64,000 nucleotides of DNA, taken from positions 19,964,001 through 20,028,000 of the forward strand of contig NC_092674.1 of NCBI RefSeq assembly GCF_964355755.1, given 5' to 3'. The position numbers and the translations under genes were made by a program. The notes beneath the pieces are model-generated. The model searched no databases. It had not been told where the DNA came from and worked only from the letters and a program-made list of their open reading frames with translations. This stretch comes from Antedon mediterranea. Its lineage: Eukaryota; Animalia; Echinodermata. Of the stretch, positions 41,116 through 54,000 are shown piece by piece; the first letter of the stretch is position 1; each line of letters opens with the position of its first letter.

Positions 41116-41791
41116 ATCCTTGATATATTTTTTTATTGTGCTAATCTGTGCAATATACTTTCTACTATAGTTGTTTTTATATATATTTATGTGTTTATTA
41201 ATGCATGCCTTTATTTATATATACTTATACCATTGTTTCTTTCAATCTATTAATTATTATCTTGAATGTTTTGAATACCATTGATGCCAAAGAATATGTA
41301 GTTTAAATCAAAGAAGTTTTGTTTCTATATGAATGAGCATTAACAAAATATAATTAATACATGCTTTTCAATATCAATAAATAGAAACATTTATTTACCT
41401 TACGACGTTTTAACATAATACCGGTAATTCAGCTATCACTTTAGTCACAATTACAATAATTTACATTTTAAAAATACACTAAATATTTGTTCTATTGCAG
41501 GTGTATCTTTAGTGTTGGTATGTTATATACAGTTAAGTGTTTAAGAGTTTTCCAGGATTTTTATTTAAACTGGAACCATTTTATTTCTTTTAATCTATTA
41601 AAGGTTCTCTTGTATTACAGTTAGATGTTTATGAATGTATATATGTATATGGTTACAATAAAAATATTTATATGAATAACTTCTTAAATTTAAATGGAAA
41701 CAGTTATTTACTTTATAATTTATACAATTTTTAATAAATTCAATATCACTTCTATCACAATTATTTACAATAATTTAGAAAAAAAATACAT

Positions 41792-43200
41792 TCATTGAAA
41801 ATATTCTTCCAGCGATGGCGGTTCAAGTTCAAAATAGGCAGATGTATTGTTCTTATACACACATGTATGTGCATTTGTAAGTATTCCAGAAACAATGTAC
41901 ATTTTGCCACATGCACTCAATTGCACTTTCTGAGACTTCTTATAGTCTGTAAATTTAAATATATTTACAATGTCACCAAATAGCCATTCAACGCTAATTC
42001 TGACTTTGGACATTGCCGCGTTGAAGGCCACTTGTTCTGGTGTTATCCGTACCGTCGGGAAAGGTGCTTGCAATTGTGGGCGCAATGGGTACGCAGGATC
42101 ACCATACACGCACAATACATTTCCCTGTGGATCATGTGATCTGGCCTCAAGCTCTGTCAACAGACCCGATTCACGAAGGAGAAATGCATCATGTCTCCTC
42201 CCTTCCACAGGTCCATATAGGTGAGCTATGAGGCCATTGGGAGCTGTCACTGACTGGAATTTCATGGCATGGATTCTTTTGTGACCATTATACATAACTT
42301 GTTGATGCTGATTTGGTCGGCATATTGGCCTTACGGTTCCATCAACGAACCCCCAACAGTTCCTCAAAGCAGCACCCTTTGTGTGTGTTGCCTCAGCAAA
42401 TTCCTGTAAATGTTGTGGGGATAACCATGGCTGGTCTAAGGATGAGATCCGATGTCTATGGATGTCGAAGATGTAGTTGGTCATCCACTTAAACGCCAAG
42501 TAAAGCTGTGGTACTGAACGTCCATAGTCCTTGATAAGATCTCCATATCTACAAGGATATGCATACCTTTGGAGTGTGATGCACAAAGCCTCAAGTCCAT
42601 CAATTTTCGACTTATTCTCCAGAATTACAGTTGGTGGCACCCCCAAAGCATGTTTCAGCCGGTAGATATCATTTTTCTGGAATCTAAGGGAAATAATAAT
42701 ACACAGTATATTTTAAATCTCATAATGGATAACATACATGATACTGGACATGTTATGGGCATCATATATTAATTTAATATTTAATCAACATTTATTACTA
42801 AATAGTAGCTTCTGTAGATAGTATAGTAGCCTACTAGGGCTATACATAAAAGAAAGCAATACCTTCAAGGTATATGGAAGTATAATTGTTAGTAACCAAT
42901 GTTAAATGTATTTAAGCTTTATAATGCCTTAACGTTATCTAGCCCTACCTAGTAGTAGATTATAAATTGATAAATAAAGTGCTACCCTGATTTAGCCTGA
43001 TGGTCGGCTTACCTGAAATAGCTGTTGCATTCATCATCGTTGAATTTATCCAAGTTGAATTGATATTCATCACTTTTATACTGAAAATCAGGATTACTTG
43101 GGGAATTCATACTATACAACATAATGAATTCTTCCTCGTCCAGAACATCTGATATATAGGCAGCAACAAGAGCATCTCGTACCCTATGTAGGTTCGCCAT
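41792..43200 (-). CDS. HARBI1-like DDE transposase, 359 aa, 2 exons
   Basis: Exons 43013-43200 and 41792-42683 total 1080 nt in frame. Catalytic motifs GFVDGT, YNGHKRIH, GRRHD, YGDPAY and RISVEWLFG are intact. Confidence 0.95.
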
Positions 43201-43599
43201 GTTGTAAGATGCTGAAAGTCGAGTCAACTGATGATGGTACCTGATACATCGCGCACATGTTCCCGTCGCGCCCGTGAACAAAACGAAACAGAAACAGACA
43301 TGACGGGAACCTAGTAAATGAGTACGGTCACGGTTGGTTAAACCGGCCGTACTGCACGTTTACCGTACTAAAACGAAAGCTCGCTAATAACAAAGTAGCT
43401 TCCTGCCTAATTTACAGCTATCAACCCCTGCTGCCGAGCTGACATGTACTATTAACCCATATGATGGGCCTATTTACCCTTAGATGTTAGCTTTCGACAC
43501 AACATGATTAATATGTACACAAATCAATAAAGTTGATATGGGGTTAAAAAGGCACTCACCTAAAGTTTCCCATTATAACTAAACTAAACCTACTGTATA

Positions 43600-43951
43600 G
43601 ATCTGTAAATAAACCAGCTTAAGATTATGTCCATTCAAATTATAATTGAATAGGACAGGTCTTCTTCAAGTGTAATAGATAAATATTTGTATTTATTGGC
43701 ATTAACTTTTCGCCCAACTTCTCTGACTATTCCACAAGACTATCCAGGTCCTCCTGAAGTAAAAACGGAGTGTTTATCACTTAAACAATTTCAGATCGTC
43801 AGCAAACAAAAGAGACTCGGAATAGTTAATTTTTAAAGGAAGATCCATATGAATAAATGAAATAAAAAAGAGGGCCCATGATCGAACCCTGCGGAACGCT
43901 CGAATAACACAGGTAGCCAATCAGATATATCTCCCCCAATCACAACATTTC
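43600..43951 (-). mobile_element. Decayed CR1/L2-group LINE RT fragment
   Basis: Minus-strand remnants SVPQGSIMGPLF, LLFADDLKLFK and LQEDLDSL, with stops and frameshifts. Confidence 0.8.
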
Positions 43952-44933
43952 CAAAGAGTTTTTCTTTCCAAAGAATTATACTGTACTTACCTAACAAAAT
44001 ACTGTAGAAAAGGCCAGTAAATCTCTATCTATATCCTTTTGGTTATTTAGTTTACACAGCAACCAAACAATTTTAAAATAAGAACATCAGTCGGTAGGCT
44101 ATGCCATTTATGAAGTAATGAACGAGTAATGTATAACACAGTGCTTCGAGGAATCCAACTGTATACTGTAGCATTATTTACAACTAATTTATTTCAAGAT
44201 ATATTTGTGCTTACTTTGATTGTTTTCTTGCCTTTCGCAACAGCAATGTGTTTCCTCCCCAATACAATGCAAATCATAATGTATATGGATGCATATTTTT
44301 TCACTAAATTTCACAAATTTATCGTGTTGTAATTGGCAGTAATGAATGTACATACCTGTACTGCATTACTGATAATTATGCATGGTTGTGTGGTTATGAT
44401 AATGAATGGCAACAGATAAATATCAATGACAAACAACTTCTATATTAATAATTTTATTAGTTACAAAACAAAGGTAAAATTCAAGCTAAACTATACATTT
44501 TATCATACTGCAAAAATGAAAAGTCAAAGGGTGAAAAACATAAAATAAAAATATTTATGCCTATAGATTATAATATAATAAATATAAAATCATTGATTGA
44601 TTGATTTTTTAACATGCATTCAAAATTGAATTAAAAAGAGATTCCACTACGAACGATGGTGGCCCGGTAGCGATTTTTTTTCGTACATAAGTTGGGGACC
44701 TCTCAAGAAACATGAATATTCATTAGTCAGATCCATAAGGTGTGACTACAATTCGCTAATGCAAACGATTTATGTCGAGTCGGCTGTGTAGTCGAGTGGA
44801 TAAGACTTTACATGTCGATGTATGGGGTTTGACTCCAATGAGCTACTTCTTTTACTTTATAGTGAAAGAGATTATTTAGAGGGTTAGGTTTAGTTATATT
44901 TAGGAAGTAGTTCGGCTATCTTTCACATGGGGT

Positions 44934-46704
44934 CAGGGGTGGCGCCAGGATCTTCCCGACGCGGGGGCTACATTCCCCGACGAGGGGGCTATGCGAGCGA
45001 AGCGAGCATCACTAGGCTGGGGGCCAGGGGGCCGCCAAGGGCCCCCGGTGGGGGTCCAGGGGGCGAAGCCCCCGGAAGCAACGCGTTCTAGCGTCATTTG
45101 AGGTCATTTTAATCAGATTTAGGGTAGCCATTTTTTCCATTTTTTATAATGCATAAATAAAATACTGCGTGCAAAAAAACGATGCGCGATGACTGTTTCA
45201 ATCCATATTTTTCAATTTAAAAAATAAAAGTTCAAAGAAAATTTAGAAAAATAGAGTTGGAGGTCCCGGAAATTGGACTTAATATACTTCAAAACATGAA
45301 ACAAAATAGTCCCTATCATGGTTGTGACTGAGCTAAGAAATTTTTGAAAAATAGAGATGTTAGGTCGCGGAAAATGCACTTCTTGTACTTCGAAATATGA
45401 CCAGCTTTATTGTTGGGGCTGAGCTAAGAAACTGTTTATCTGGTGAGAAATTCATGACATACAGGACATTGAAAATGTAATAACTTAGCTATAATAAGAA
45501 AATGGCATGTTTTTTTGTTTAGTAATGGATGAAAAATTTATTTTAGGTGCCCCACGGTACAGAAGGTTACTTGTAAATTAAAAAATTGGTGAACATACGA
45601 ACAATTAACATAATTCGTTTTTGCTGTAGTGTAGCGTACGTCGACGCAGTACACGACGTAACCGTCAGTAAACTTCGCCTGGAAAATAACTATACAGTAC
45701 ACATTTTGGTCCCTGGATGGAACATGATATTACGCGTCTCGACCCAACGTTGAACGATTCGTACAAAGGGATACCGCCAGACAAGTGCGAACCTAGCTAT
45801 TGTTTAGTAGTAAGTTAGGTCGCTGGCAATAATGAATGCATATAAAGTGCATAATATCACTCTGACGTACTCTCACGGTCAATGAAACGTCGCGGTTTTC
45901 TAGGCGCTGAAGCTAGCTACGAAGTGAACGCGAACGCTTTTTACTGTATATTATATTCCCCGACAAAAAGTACCCGTGTTCCCTTCGGTAACCGTCGGTA
46001 AACTTCGCCTGGAAAATAACTACATTACACATTTTGGTCCCTGGATGGAACATGATATTACGCGTCTCGACCCAACGTTGAACGATTCGTACAAAGGGAT
46101 ACCGCCAGACAAGTGCGAACCTAGCTATTGTTTAGTAGTAAGTTAGGTCGCTGGCAATAATGAATGCATATAAAGTGCATAATATCACTCTGACGTACTC
46201 TCACGGTCAATGAAACGTCGCGGTTTTCTAGGCGCTGAAGCTAGCTACGAAGTGAACGCGAACGCTTTTTACTGTATATTATATTCCCCGACAAAAAGTA
46301 CCCGTGTTCCCTTCGGTAACCGTCGGTAAACTTCGCCTGGAAAATAACTACATTACACATTTTGGTCCCTGTATGGAACTTGATATCACGCGTCTCGACC
46401 CAACGTTGAACGATTCGTACAAAGGGATACCGCCAGACAAGTGCGTACCTAGCTAATGTTTAGTAGTAAGTTAGATCGCTGGCAATAAATGAATGCATAA
46501 AAGTGCATAATAGCCCTCTGACGTACTCTCACGGTCAATGGAACGTCGTGGTTTTCTAGGCGCTGAAGCATGAAGTGAACGCGAACGTTTTTTACTGTAT
46601 ATTATATTCCCCGACAAAAAGTACCCGTGTTCCCCGACGGGGGGGTTAGGCTCCCCGACGAGGGGGCTAGAGCCCCCGTAGCCCCCCCGCTGGCGCCACC
46701 ACTG
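44934..46704. mobile_element. Non-autonomous hAT-like element
   Basis: TIR CAGGGGTGGCGCCAG / CTGGCGCCACCACTG, 8-bp TSD CATGGGGT (44926-44933 and 46705-46712), subterminal CCCCGACG motifs. Confidence 0.88.
45658..46633. repeat. Three tandem copies of a ~328-bp unit inside the hAT-like element
   Basis: GTAACCGTC(A/G)GTAAACTTCGCCTGG starts at 45658, 45988 and 46316. Copies 1 and 2 are nearly identical. Confidence 0.95.
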
Positions 46705-46994
46705 CATGGGGTCCCCAACTTATGTACGAAAAGAAATATGCGGCCCGGTATAAACTGTATGACTATCGTCAATCATAATATAGACGGGAATATCGTTCTA
46801 ACCGCTCTTTATTATTATACTAAAAAGCGAACTGCTATTATCAATACAAAATAGAAAATAAATTAGTCATCCATAAAGTAATACAATTCACTATACATTA
46901 CAATTATAATGGCAATTCATAACTTAAAATCATCATACACATTTATTCAGTTATTATTATGACAACAACAACTGGGGCCCGCACTAGAAGCAAT

Positions 46995-49900
46995 TAGTCA
47001 GGTGGCTTAGCAACAATTTTCAGGATTAACGTTACCGGCCGGACAAAAGTACCAAAATTGGCATGGAGTTTCCTTTCGACCTATCTATTGATTTTATCCG
47101 TGGAACCCACTTGATCGGGTCCGATTTTCCAAGATGGCGGCCAAAATCCAAGATGGCCGCCAGAAAAAAGGAAATGCCATATATCTGGCTGTAAGACTCA
47201 TAAATCAACAAATGGGGTGTCAATGTCAGGGTTTCTGGGTGTCACCGAAACAGAAGCTGGTCATGTCATGTTGCTCAGACCACCAATTTCCAAGATGGCG
47301 GCCAAATTTCAAAATGGCCACCAAAAAAATCAAATGTCATATATCAGACTGTAAAAATCAGAAATGAACAAATGAGGTGTCAATTCAGGGGTTTTTGAGG
47401 TCACTGTAATAGATGCTGGTCAAGCCATTTTGCTCAGGTCACCCAATTACAAGATGGCGGCCAAATTTCAAAATGGCTGCCAAAAAAGGAAATATTGTAT
47501 ATAAGGTTGTAAAAATCATAAATTAACAAATAAGGTGTCAATTCAGAGGTATCTGAGGTTACTAAAACAGATACTGGTCAAGCCATTTTGCTCAAGTCAC
47601 TCATTTCCAAGATGGCGGTCAAATTTAAAAATAGCCGCCAATTCTACAATGAAGGAAGGATCACTCAGGTGAAATGGTAAAGAATATTTAATTGTATTGA
47701 TTTTGTACATCGGCAGACAATAGAGTACCTCAACCCAGGACAAATCCCAGTGATTACGTTTGACCAGCCTCTGTTCACGCTCGCCAAGTATGTACAATGG
47801 AAATGGCCAGATCTCTATGGTGAGAAAGTCTACGTAGTTATGATGGGCGGACTGCACATTGAGAAGGTGCTATGGAACAGTGTTGGTGATTTATTAGATG
47901 GGTCAGGTTGGACAACGGCTCTCACTGAATCTGACGTTGCTTCATCTGGAACAGCCGATTCATTCCTGAAAGTATCACACATTACCAGAACTCGACATGC
48001 CCATCAAGTCACTGTTCTTGTTCTTCAGCAGCTACTGAATGAAGCATTCAACCAGAGATCTAATATTGATGAGAGTTTGAACAACTGGCTGGAACAAATG
48101 TGTAAGAAATCTCCCACGTTCAAGTTCTGGAACATGATCGCACACTATGAGATTCTGATTCTCATATTTGTTAGAGCCCATCGGGAAAGAGACTTCCTAT
48201 TGTATGTTTCTGTATTAGAGGCACTCGTGCCATTGTTCTTTGCGTTAGATCATGTGAACTATTCTCGGTGGCTGCCTGTACACATTAGAGACATGAAGGC
48301 ATTGCCACAAGAGATCAAAATAATATGAGTTTGAAACTCGGAATCACTGGACAATCGCAAAGTCGTTACAGATACTCTGCGATTCCAATAGACCAAGCGC
48401 ATGAGCAAGAGAATAAAGTGGTGAAAGCATCCGGTGGTGTAGTAGGACTTACAGAGAATCCAGTTGCCTTCAGACGCTGGATGACTGCTGGACCCGAGCT
48501 TGCCAGACTTCTGAGACAGTATGAGAATGAATATATTATTCATGACGATGATCCGGAAAACCCAGCTAACTTTGAACACCATTAACAGGGACTTGCAGCA
48601 CAGAAAACCTTCCAGCGACAGGTTGATAGTCTATTTAACACAATACGCAAGATGGGAAATCCCTTCCTGTATGACTTCCCTGAGTTGGTAACTCTTGATA
48701 GTCGTAACTGCGCGAATGAGGCAGTAGTGGATACAATCCGTACACTAGAAGATACAGGCACAAAGAAGTATCAAGAGTATGTGAAGACCGTGCTCGTGGA
48801 TCGTAGTCGTTCCATACATGATACGATCTCAAAGAATTCACTACCCTTGCTCTCAACAAAGCTCAAAGTCAAATCAAAGGATTGCAAGAAAGTAAAGGTG
48901 CTTGAGAACAATGTGGCACTCTTCGGCCAGTTATACATTTTCTTACAAAATAGAGATGGTGACATCAGTGAATTCTTTGCACACGAAGTACAGTCGTATC
49001 CTCCATCCCTGTCTGAGTTTGGAAAGCTTAATTTGTCTGGTACCAAATGTCATCTGTTACAATGTATCGAATCAAACCACACAGAGGCACCTGTATTTTA
49101 TGACTGCAAAGTTCTGGATGGTGCGGTGACAGTACATGCATTACCTGTAATAAATGTCTCAACATTCCAAGAATATGCTGACAACGTGTTTATACCCCAT
49201 CTTAAACGTCAGCTACGTGACACAAAGCGAGTGGATGTTGTGAGGGACGAATACCGACCAGATAGCCTTAAGGAGGGAACCAGGGAGAAACGAGGCAAAG
49301 GTGTGCATAGAAAAGTATCAGGTGATACCAAGCTGCCGGGCAACTGGAATGACTTCCTCCGTGATCCAATCAACAAGAAAGAACTTTTTGAATTCCTTTC
49401 ATCAAAAGTTGCGGATTGCAGCATCCCTCCTGAGTGTTCGGTATATATCACAGCTGGAGAGCATGTTACATATGTTGGAATGCAGTTCAAAATGTCCAGC
49501 TGTAATCAAGAGGAAGCAGACACTAGGATTGTGTTTCACGTGAAGCACGCGTTGGAAAATGGAGCAAAATCCATCCAGGTGCGAACTGTGGATACAGATG
49601 TTGTCGTTGTTCTTATCAGTGTGTTTCATGACCTCTCTCATATAAATGCTGATCTTGATCTCTGGATAGCATTTGGAACTGGAAAGAACTCATTACAGTA
49701 TCAACGCCATTTGTGTACATCTCGGTGAACGCAAATCACGTTCCCTGCCAATTTTCCACTCCCTGTCAGGATGTTATACTACCTCAGCGTTTAGAGTTAC
49801 GGATGGCTTTCTTTATCTTGCCGCACATCCGTTTGAGCATCTTCACTTACATTCTGAATCATTTCAAAGAATCGAGAGACTAGTTGTCGTAGTTTATGAC

Positions 49901-50876
49901 AAAACAAGTAACGCCATGAATGTTAACAGTGCTTGGATGGAACTGTTCAGCCAGAAACAGCAAGCTGTTGACAAGATACCACTACTCAAATGCATTACTC
50001 CAGCACACTAGGAGGGCCGTATACCAAGCTGGCATCTGGACAACATGCATGTTATCTAAACAAACAAATCCGTGTCCAACCGACTATGCATGGGTGAAAG
50101 TTGGGAACTCATGGGAACCTGTCTGGTCTACCATTCCAGAGGCATTTAAAGCTTGCAGAGAATTTGTGAAATGTGGCTGCAAAAGGGCCTGTACAGTCTG
50201 CAAATGCAGCAAGCAAGGCAAATCTGCCTTGCACATCTCTTTGCCGGTGCACATGTTCATCCAAATAGGGTAAATCAACTGTACTATAACTGTAAACTGT
50301 TATGTAGCTATTATAGAGCCAAGTAAACCTTTTTCATATATTATTTTTAATTTCTGATTTTTAACCCACATATGCCTACACAAAATTTTTGGAGTTTTTT
50401 TTGGCAGCCATTTTGAAATTTGGCCGCCATTTTGGAAATTGGTGACCGTAGCAAAATGGCTTGACCAGCATCTGTTTCGGTTGACCCCAGAAACCCCTGA
50501 ATTAATACCTCATTTGTTCATTTCCGATTTTTACAGTGACACACACATTTCCCTTTTTTGGCGGCCATTTTGAAATTTGGCCGCCATCTTGGAAATAGGT
50601 GGTCTGAGCAATATGGCATAACCAGCATCTGTTTCATTGACCCCAGAAACCCTTACATTGACACCCCATTTGTTGATTTACGAGTTTTACAGCCAGATAT
50701 ATGGCATTTCCTTTTTTCTGGGGGCCATTTTGGATTTTGGCAGCCATCTTGAAAAATCGGACCCGATCAAGTGGGTTCCACGGATAAAATCAATAGATAG
50801 GTCGAAAGGAAACTCCATGCCAATTTTGGTACTTTTGTCCGGCCGGTAACGTTAAAATTGCTAAGCTACCTGACTA
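46995..50876. mobile_element. Academ DNA transposon, internally deleted and decayed
   Basis: TAGTCAGG...CCTGACTA termini, TIRs of roughly 480 bp (ORF-track peptides 47032-47223 minus and 50637-50849 plus are near-identical), 3-bp TSD AAT. Confidence 0.88.
47720..50273 (+). pseudogene. Disrupted Academ transposase (transposase domain, XPG/PIN-like domain, Cys-rich C-terminus)
   Basis: Consecutive broken ORFs with VMMGGLHIE, FFALDHVNYSRWL, IDQAHEQENK, EEADTR, VRTVDTDV and CGCKRACTVCKC. Frameshift near 48320, stop at 48583, further shifts near 49690 and 49980. The N-terminal part is missing. Confidence 0.85.
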
Positions 50877-51076
50877 AATAGCTTGTCTCATGAGGGCCCC
50901 TACAATACAAGTACAGTATGCAAATATACATAAAAGAAAAAACACATTATAAAACAATAAACAAAATATAAGTCAAAAACGAAAGAGAAAAAATATAGAG
51001 CATAACAAAAGTAAGTTGTAAACTAGCGCATATTTATATAAAATATTGAACCATTAGTCAATATAAATTGTTACAT

Positions 51077-54000
51077 TCAGTGCACTTTGACGTTGAGTCT
51101 ACTTCTACTTGAACCCTCCTTGATCATTCGATTAATTACATCAATTGGAATATTGCAATTACGCACGTCAATGCATTGAAGGTTAGGAAACACAGACAAC
51201 AAAGAAACCAGTAAATCGCCATCAATGTTACTCAGATTATTATCATTGAAATAGAGGTCAGTTACAAATAACAGAACTCCTCTATATAAACACCCTTTGA
51301 TCATTTGATTCATCATTTCACCCGATAGATGGCAATTGCTCATGAAAAGCTTAGGCCTAGGCCTATTGAATAAACAACCCATTAAAGCACCATCAATGTT
51401 ACTGAGGTTATTATCACTTATATTGAGTGAATTTGACACTGTATTTGAACACTCTCTGAGCATGTGATTCATTATTTCACCTGATAAATTACAAGCACTT
51501 ATATCAAGGTCAATCAGCGGACACATACATAATAAAGAACAGAGTAAAGTAACGTCAATGTCGCTGAGATTATTACCACTCATATGTAGCGTTTCTAAAG
51601 ATAAATGGGTTCGTCTTGAACATTCTTTGATCATTTGATTCATTATGTCACCTGATAGATTGCAATTATTCATGTAAAGGTTACCTATTCTTGGAAAAAT
51701 AATGAATAAAGAACCCAGTAAAGTACCATCAATGTCGTTGAGATAATTGCCACAGATTCTAAGCCATGACAATTTCTGATGTCTAAGATTTGAACACTCT
51801 CTGATCATGTGATTCATGACATCGCCAGTTAGATTACAATTATCCATTACAAGCATGGAAAGCATAGGGGTCATAGCCAATAAAGAACCCAGTAAAGTCC
51901 CATCAATGTTGTCGAGATTATTACCATCGATTGTTAGCCAATTTAGTGTTAATTGAACTCCCCTACTTGAACACTCTCTGACCATTTGATTCATTACGTC
52001 ACCCGATAGATTACATTTACCCATTTCAAGGTCCTTCAATTTAGGAGACATAATCAATAAAGAACCCAGTAAAGTTCCATCAATACTGCTGAGATTATTA
52101 TTTTGGATATCAAGTGTTTCTAATGCTAATTGAACTCCTCTAATTGAACACTCTTTGATCATATGATTTATTACCTCTCCTGATAGATTATGAATTGTAA
52201 GGGCGAGACATTTATCATCAATGCCTAAAATGTGGGCAATAATTCTTCCTTGGCAATCTTTTGCAACACTACTACAAAAGGTATCTAAAAAAGGGAAACT
52301 ATCGTCACCATAGATTTCTTCTAGTTCTTCATATACCATGCAATGAAGTTGCCTAATTAGACGTATGAAATGCCCATCACATTGTACATCTGGATTAATG
52401 TGATGAATAAAAAGCTGTATTGAGGTAGATATGAAATCTAAATGCTCACTTATTTCTAGATTTTTGCTAATCATGTGATTATTTAGTTTATCTACCACAG
52501 AAATCTCATGTTGTCTTTTAACAAAGTTTAAGCAACTAAGCAGAGATCGATACGTTGACAAATGATTTGTAAGCCAATGCATTAAAAATGAATCCGCTTT
52601 ATCACCAAGGAAACCAACTGCAAACTCTCTTGCTCTCTGTAAATACTCACATTCTCTTATCACCTCCCATTCATTACCATCTAATGGTGCAAGTAATTGT
52701 CTTACATCATCTTTGCATTCATCATTCATATCTTTACTTTCACATAATTTACACAAGTAAAACCCTACCAACGATTCTACAATTAACTTGTGAGGAGGCA
52801 TGAAAATGTTTTCAAAGTTAGATTTTGATATTGGCACTTCTTCATAAACAAATCCAAGTTTTAGGGCCATGTCAACTACATCTTTGTTCATTTGTTCATT
52901 TAAATCCTTTTTGCTAATTGAAAGCTGGTTTATCTTTAAGCTATAATACATACACTTTCCTAACAAAATCATAGCATTTACATATTCAATTGGAGTGTCT
53001 TCAAAACAAGAAATCTTTGGGAATTTTTCCTGTTTGTTAAACTGATTTAAAATACTACGAAATATTTCTTTGAAAAGGTCAGAATTATCTTCAGGAAGAG
53101 CTTGTTTTTCTTCCCATAGCATACACATTGAAAGAAGTAACATTGGATTTTTGCACATGGAATATGCTTCTGGATATCTTAATCCAGCATGTGAAGTGCC
53201 AATATCTAATTCTTTCTTAAGAGATTCACCCAATTCCGGTATTCCAAAATACAAAAAATGTTTGTCAATATACTTTCCTATGCTTTTGCTGTTAAATCCC
53301 TTAACTCTTACATGTATGTTACACACATTTACAAACTCATCTATGTTTTCTGATCGTGAAGTAAGTATTACAGTACTTTTCTCCAAGTTGTTCTTTCTGA
53401 AAAGACTAACTAAGCATTTATTATTAAATCTTAATTCATCTAATCCGTCAACTAATAACACAATTTTATCAGCATGCTTGTTTATGAATGTTTTAATCAA
53501 TTTTGAATCTTCTGGAAGATCTGTGACTAAATTAAAATCTTTCATATCCATTTGCTTTTCAATTAGACTGAAGATGTCATCATCTTCTTCACAATCTCTG
53601 ACACTTAAAAGAAATACAATTTTACCTTCAAATACTTCAATTGATTTGCTAGTCGCCCAGTTGTATGATAAACACCTTAATATAGTAGTTTTACCAATAC
53701 CTCCCTCACCGTCTACAAGAGCCCTACACCCAGGTGTGGAATTAATAGCATCCACCATTCCTTCTAATGTTGTTGGTGTGCTTTCTTTCTTTTCATTTTC
53801 TTTGAGTAGTTCCATATCGGTAAACATCTGTGAAATGTCAACTTTGTGTTTAGCATTCATTATTGCTGGAGTAAATACACTAGCCTGGCTGCACAAGTTC
53901 TTTTGTCTTTTAAGCAGATATTCTTCTATTATTTCTAAAACAAAATACAAATAAATATGATTAGTCAGAAAGCATGATTTTTAAAGCTGTTCTTTTAAAT

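Larger units (their letters stand above)
39162..43385. mobile_element. Full-length PIF/Harbinger-superfamily (PHIS) DNA transposon, Pangu-like
   Basis: Perfect 23-bp TIR AGCGAGCTTTCGTTTTAGTACGG, 3-bp TSD AAT (39159-39161 and 43386-43388), and two convergent intact spliced genes. Confidence 0.93.
44670..46741. mobile_element. Short MITE with 9-bp TSD (Mutator-like), about 293 bp before a nested hAT-like insertion
   Basis: TSD GGCCCGGTA at 44661-44669 and 46742-46750. TIR GC...TTTTCGTACATAAGTTGGGGACC. Contains a tRNA-like segment at about 44780-44845. Confidence 0.8.

Noticed and set aside
53070-53954. 294-aa plus-strand ORF
   Set aside because: Antisense shadow of the NACHT exon with no recognisable motifs.
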